Below are positions 23,784 through 25,798 of a stretch of 25,798 nt of DNA, in pieces. The stretch is from a virus (lineage: Duplodnaviria > Caudoviricetes). Made by a program: the position numbers and the translations under genes. The DNA is taken from the IMG/VR virus record IMGVR_UViG_3300008255_000436, positions 1-25,798 of that record; one strand, 5' to 3'. How positions within the stretch are numbered: the stretch's first letter is position 1; every line of letters begins with the position of its first letter. The notes under the pieces are model-generated. The model was not told the DNA's origin. It did not search any database and worked only from the letters and a program-made list of their open reading frames with translations.

Positions 23784-25514
23784 ATGGCTGGCATCGATTT
23801 TCACGCTCCTAATTTCCGTGCTGGTGGGTCTGACCTCACCATCAACATCAGCCCGTTGGGCTTGGTGGAACTGAGCGATGAAGAGTTTGAGGTACATGGT
23901 CCCCGCCTACAACGTTACCAGCATGCCTGGGCGTTCTACCTGGGTCACCACTGGTCGTACCGTCGTGAGGTCGGGGAACCTCAGATCACAGTTAATTACT
24001 GTCGCGCAATCAGTGACTACATCACCAACTTTACGTTTGGCAACGGGTTTCGTGTAAAGACGCCTTTGGCGACCGAGGCCATCGTACCCGGACTTCTCCA
24101 GCGTGTCTGGGAAGTTGACAACCACAAGGCTCAGGTTCTGTGGGAGATGGGCAACCAGGGATCCGTGGCTGGCGACGTGTTCGTCAAGATCGCTTACGAG
24201 GAGCCGTTCAAGGATGCTCTGGGCCGGTGGCACCCAGGACGGGTGCGGATCCTCCCACTGCACGCGGGTCACTGCTTCCCCGAGTGGCACCCACACGACC
24301 GCTCCCGACTGACGCGCTTCAAGTTGAAGTACCGCTTCTGGGGAACCACCCCCGAGGGAACGCGCCAGGTGTTCACTTACACCGAGATCATCACTGACGA
24401 TGAGATCCGTGAGTACGTCAACGATGAGTTGCTTCCTGACAGCCCTCGACCGAACCCATTGGGTGTCATCCCGGTTGTCCACATCGCTGACCGCCTGACA
24501 TCTGGTTCGCCGTGGGGTCTAGGTGACCTCACCGACCTGACACCGCTGAACCGCGAGTTCAACGAGAAGATGACCGACATCTCGGACATCATCAACTACC
24601 ACGCGGAGCCCGTAACCATCATCACGGGTGCCAAGGCATCTCAGTTGGAGAAGGGCTCCAAGAAGATGTGGGCAGGTCTTCCTGCTGACGCGAACGTCTT
24701 CAACCTCGAACTGGGTGGAAACCTAGCCGCGCCATTGGCGTACCTTGAGATCCTAAAGCGTCAGATGCACGAGGTCAGTGGTGTGCCTGAAACCGCGCTG
24801 GGGCAGAGCCAGCCGATCAGCAACACCTCCGGTGTGGCTCTTCAGATCCAGTTCGGGCCGCTGATGAACGTCTTCAACCGGAAGAAGATCCAGTACGGCA
24901 AGGGAATTGAGCGGATCAATGAGATCGCCATCCTCACTTTGGCGATCAAGGAGCCGGAAGTTCTCCAGTTCAACCCCGGTACCGAGGCCAACCTGAAGGC
25001 CGGTCAGTACCCCATGCTGGATCCTATGGATCCCTTGACCTACCGGAACGAAGTCGAGTTCCCATCGCCGCTGCCGCTGGATGTCCTGGTCAAGTTGAAC
25101 GAGGTCCAGGGTCGTATGGGTCTGGGTCTTGAGTCACGTCGTGGCGCGCTTCGTGAACTGGGCGAGGAGTTCCCCGACGAGAAGATCGAAGAGATCATGT
25201 CGGAGCGGATTGAGGACGCGAAGGAAGACGGCGCTCTGCAACTACTCCAGGCGCACATCCAGGCTGCGATCATGACCCAAACCGGGTTCATGCCAGTGGA
25301 GGGTGGAGGCTTCGAAGACCCCATGGCGGGTCAGACAGACGAGGCCGGTAACCCCATGTCGGAGAACGCTGGTCCTGCTGGTCGTCCCCCAACCCTTGAC
25401 GCCGGTATGAACCCACTGGAGGCCATCGGCAACCTGGCCGCAGAGTTGAACATCGAGGCGTACGGAACCAAGTTGGCTCAGCGCCGTAACCCCACAACGG
25501 ATAAGACCCCGTAG
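23784..25514 (+). CDS. portal protein (SPP1 gp6-like)
   Basis: 576 aa downstream of terL. NPLGVIPVVH, GLGDL..L..LN, SNTSGVAL. -10 TAAGGT 23771-23776, leaderless. Confidence 0.88.
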   Translation: MAGIDFHAPNFRAGGSDLTINISPLGLVELSDEEFEVHGPRLQRYQHAWAFYLGHHWSYRREVGEPQITVNYCRAISDYITNFTFGNGFRVKTPLATEAIVPGLLQRVWEVDNHKAQVLWEMGNQGSVAGDVFVKIAYEEPFKDALGRWHPGRVRILPLHAGHCFPEWHPHDRSRLTRFKLKYRFWGTTPEGTRQVFTYTEIITDDEIREYVNDELLPDSPRPNPLGVIPVVHIADRLTSGSPWGLGDLTDLTPLNREFNEKMTDISDIINYHAEPVTIITGAKASQLEKGSKKMWAGLPADANVFNLELGGNLAAPLAYLEILKRQMHEVSGVPETALGQSQPISNTSGVALQIQFGPLMNVFNRKKIQYGKGIERINEIAILTLAIKEPEVLQFNPGTEANLKAGQYPMLDPMDPLTYRNEVEFPSPLPLDVLVKLNEVQGRMGLGLESRRGALRELGEEFPDEKIEEIMSERIEDAKEDGALQLLQAHIQAAIMTQTGFMPVEGGGFEDPMAGQTDEAGNPMSENAGPAGRPPTLDAGMNPLEAIGNLAAELNIEAYGTKLAQRRNPTTDKTP

Positions 25515-25604
25515 CGTTTAAACGATGCACGCCGCTATGTCGTGATAACTTCGTGTTGAGGCACTAACCCGTACAAACAAACCTCACACACGGAGAAACG
25601 ATAA

Positions 25605-25798
25605 ATGGCAATCAACGCATGGGTCATCACTGATCCGACTACTGGCAAGACGTACCCTGTAATCGCTGGAGGAAGTGGGACTGAAACCCAGACTCCCCCT
25701 GTCGATGAGGCTTCTGGGTTTCCGGACGCTCGCAAGACCGAGGTCCACCCACTAGAGGCTGCCGCTGCCGCTGAAGTTGAGGCACAGCAGCGAGAAGC
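25605..25798 (+). CDS. probable capsid scaffolding protein, 5' part (runs off the window; not in the ORF track)
   Basis: GGAG RBS. MAINAWVITDPTTGKTYPVIAGGSGTETQTPP... follows the portal and becomes acidic and Ala-rich. Confidence 0.6.
   Translation, partial: MAINAWVITDPTTGKTYPVIAGGSGTETQTPPVDEASGFPDARKTEVHPLEAAAAAEVEAQQRE

Larger units (their letters stand above)
737..25523. repeat. dispersed palindrome GTTTAAAC, 19 exact copies
   Basis: Starts at 737, 1897, 3842, 4741, 5455, 6807, 8110, 9262, 10138, 11643, 13048, 13812, 16303, 17924, 19529, 21498, 22728, 23324, 25516. Variant ATTTAAAC at 7217. Confidence 0.95.

Noticed and set aside
737-25523. GTTTAAAC copies as a CRISPR array or engineered PmeI cloning sites
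   Set aside because: The repeat is only 8-10 bp with kb-scale spacing. Copies are embedded in native hairpins, stop codons and -10 boxes, and degenerate variants exist (7217, 13059).
25545-25554. ATAACTTCGT resembles a loxP arm
   Set aside because: Only 10 of 13 bases match and there is no inverted second arm at 8-bp spacing.

Overview
This is a high-GC tailed-phage genome segment, most likely from a large actinobacteriophage. That call rests on an Rpf domain, many leaderless SigA-type promoters, and a terminase-portal-scaffold order that resembles Bxz1/E3-type phages (from memory, not from a search). Nearly all real genes are on the + strand. In order, the window holds a SNF2 helicase split into two genes, a degenerate TGT/DpdA-like protein, a ~970 bp non-coding region with an Xer dif-like site and phased repeats, and two paralogous ADP-ribosyltransferase-like genes. 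About 30 small accessory genes follow (HAD, ParB-like, wHTH, AAA+ ATPase, KTSC, PC4, Zn/sigma4-like HTH, secreted Rpf), then the terminase large subunit, inserted genes, the portal and the start of a probable scaffold. Five things stand out. (1) There are 19 exact copies of the palindrome GTTTAAAC about every 0.6-2.5 kb, three of them inside genes where they force TTA codons. (2) A second palindrome, GCAAG-N16-CTTGC, overlaps the -35 box of 6-7 promoters. (3) A dif-like site lies at 4361-4388. (4) The split SNF2 halves are separated by a terminator-motif-operator-promoter-RBS cassette. (5) Several stand-alone 'polyvalent protein'-type effector domains share a short QF / Q(L/F)SFPGM peptide tag. 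All protein calls come from motif recognition by eye; no searches were run.
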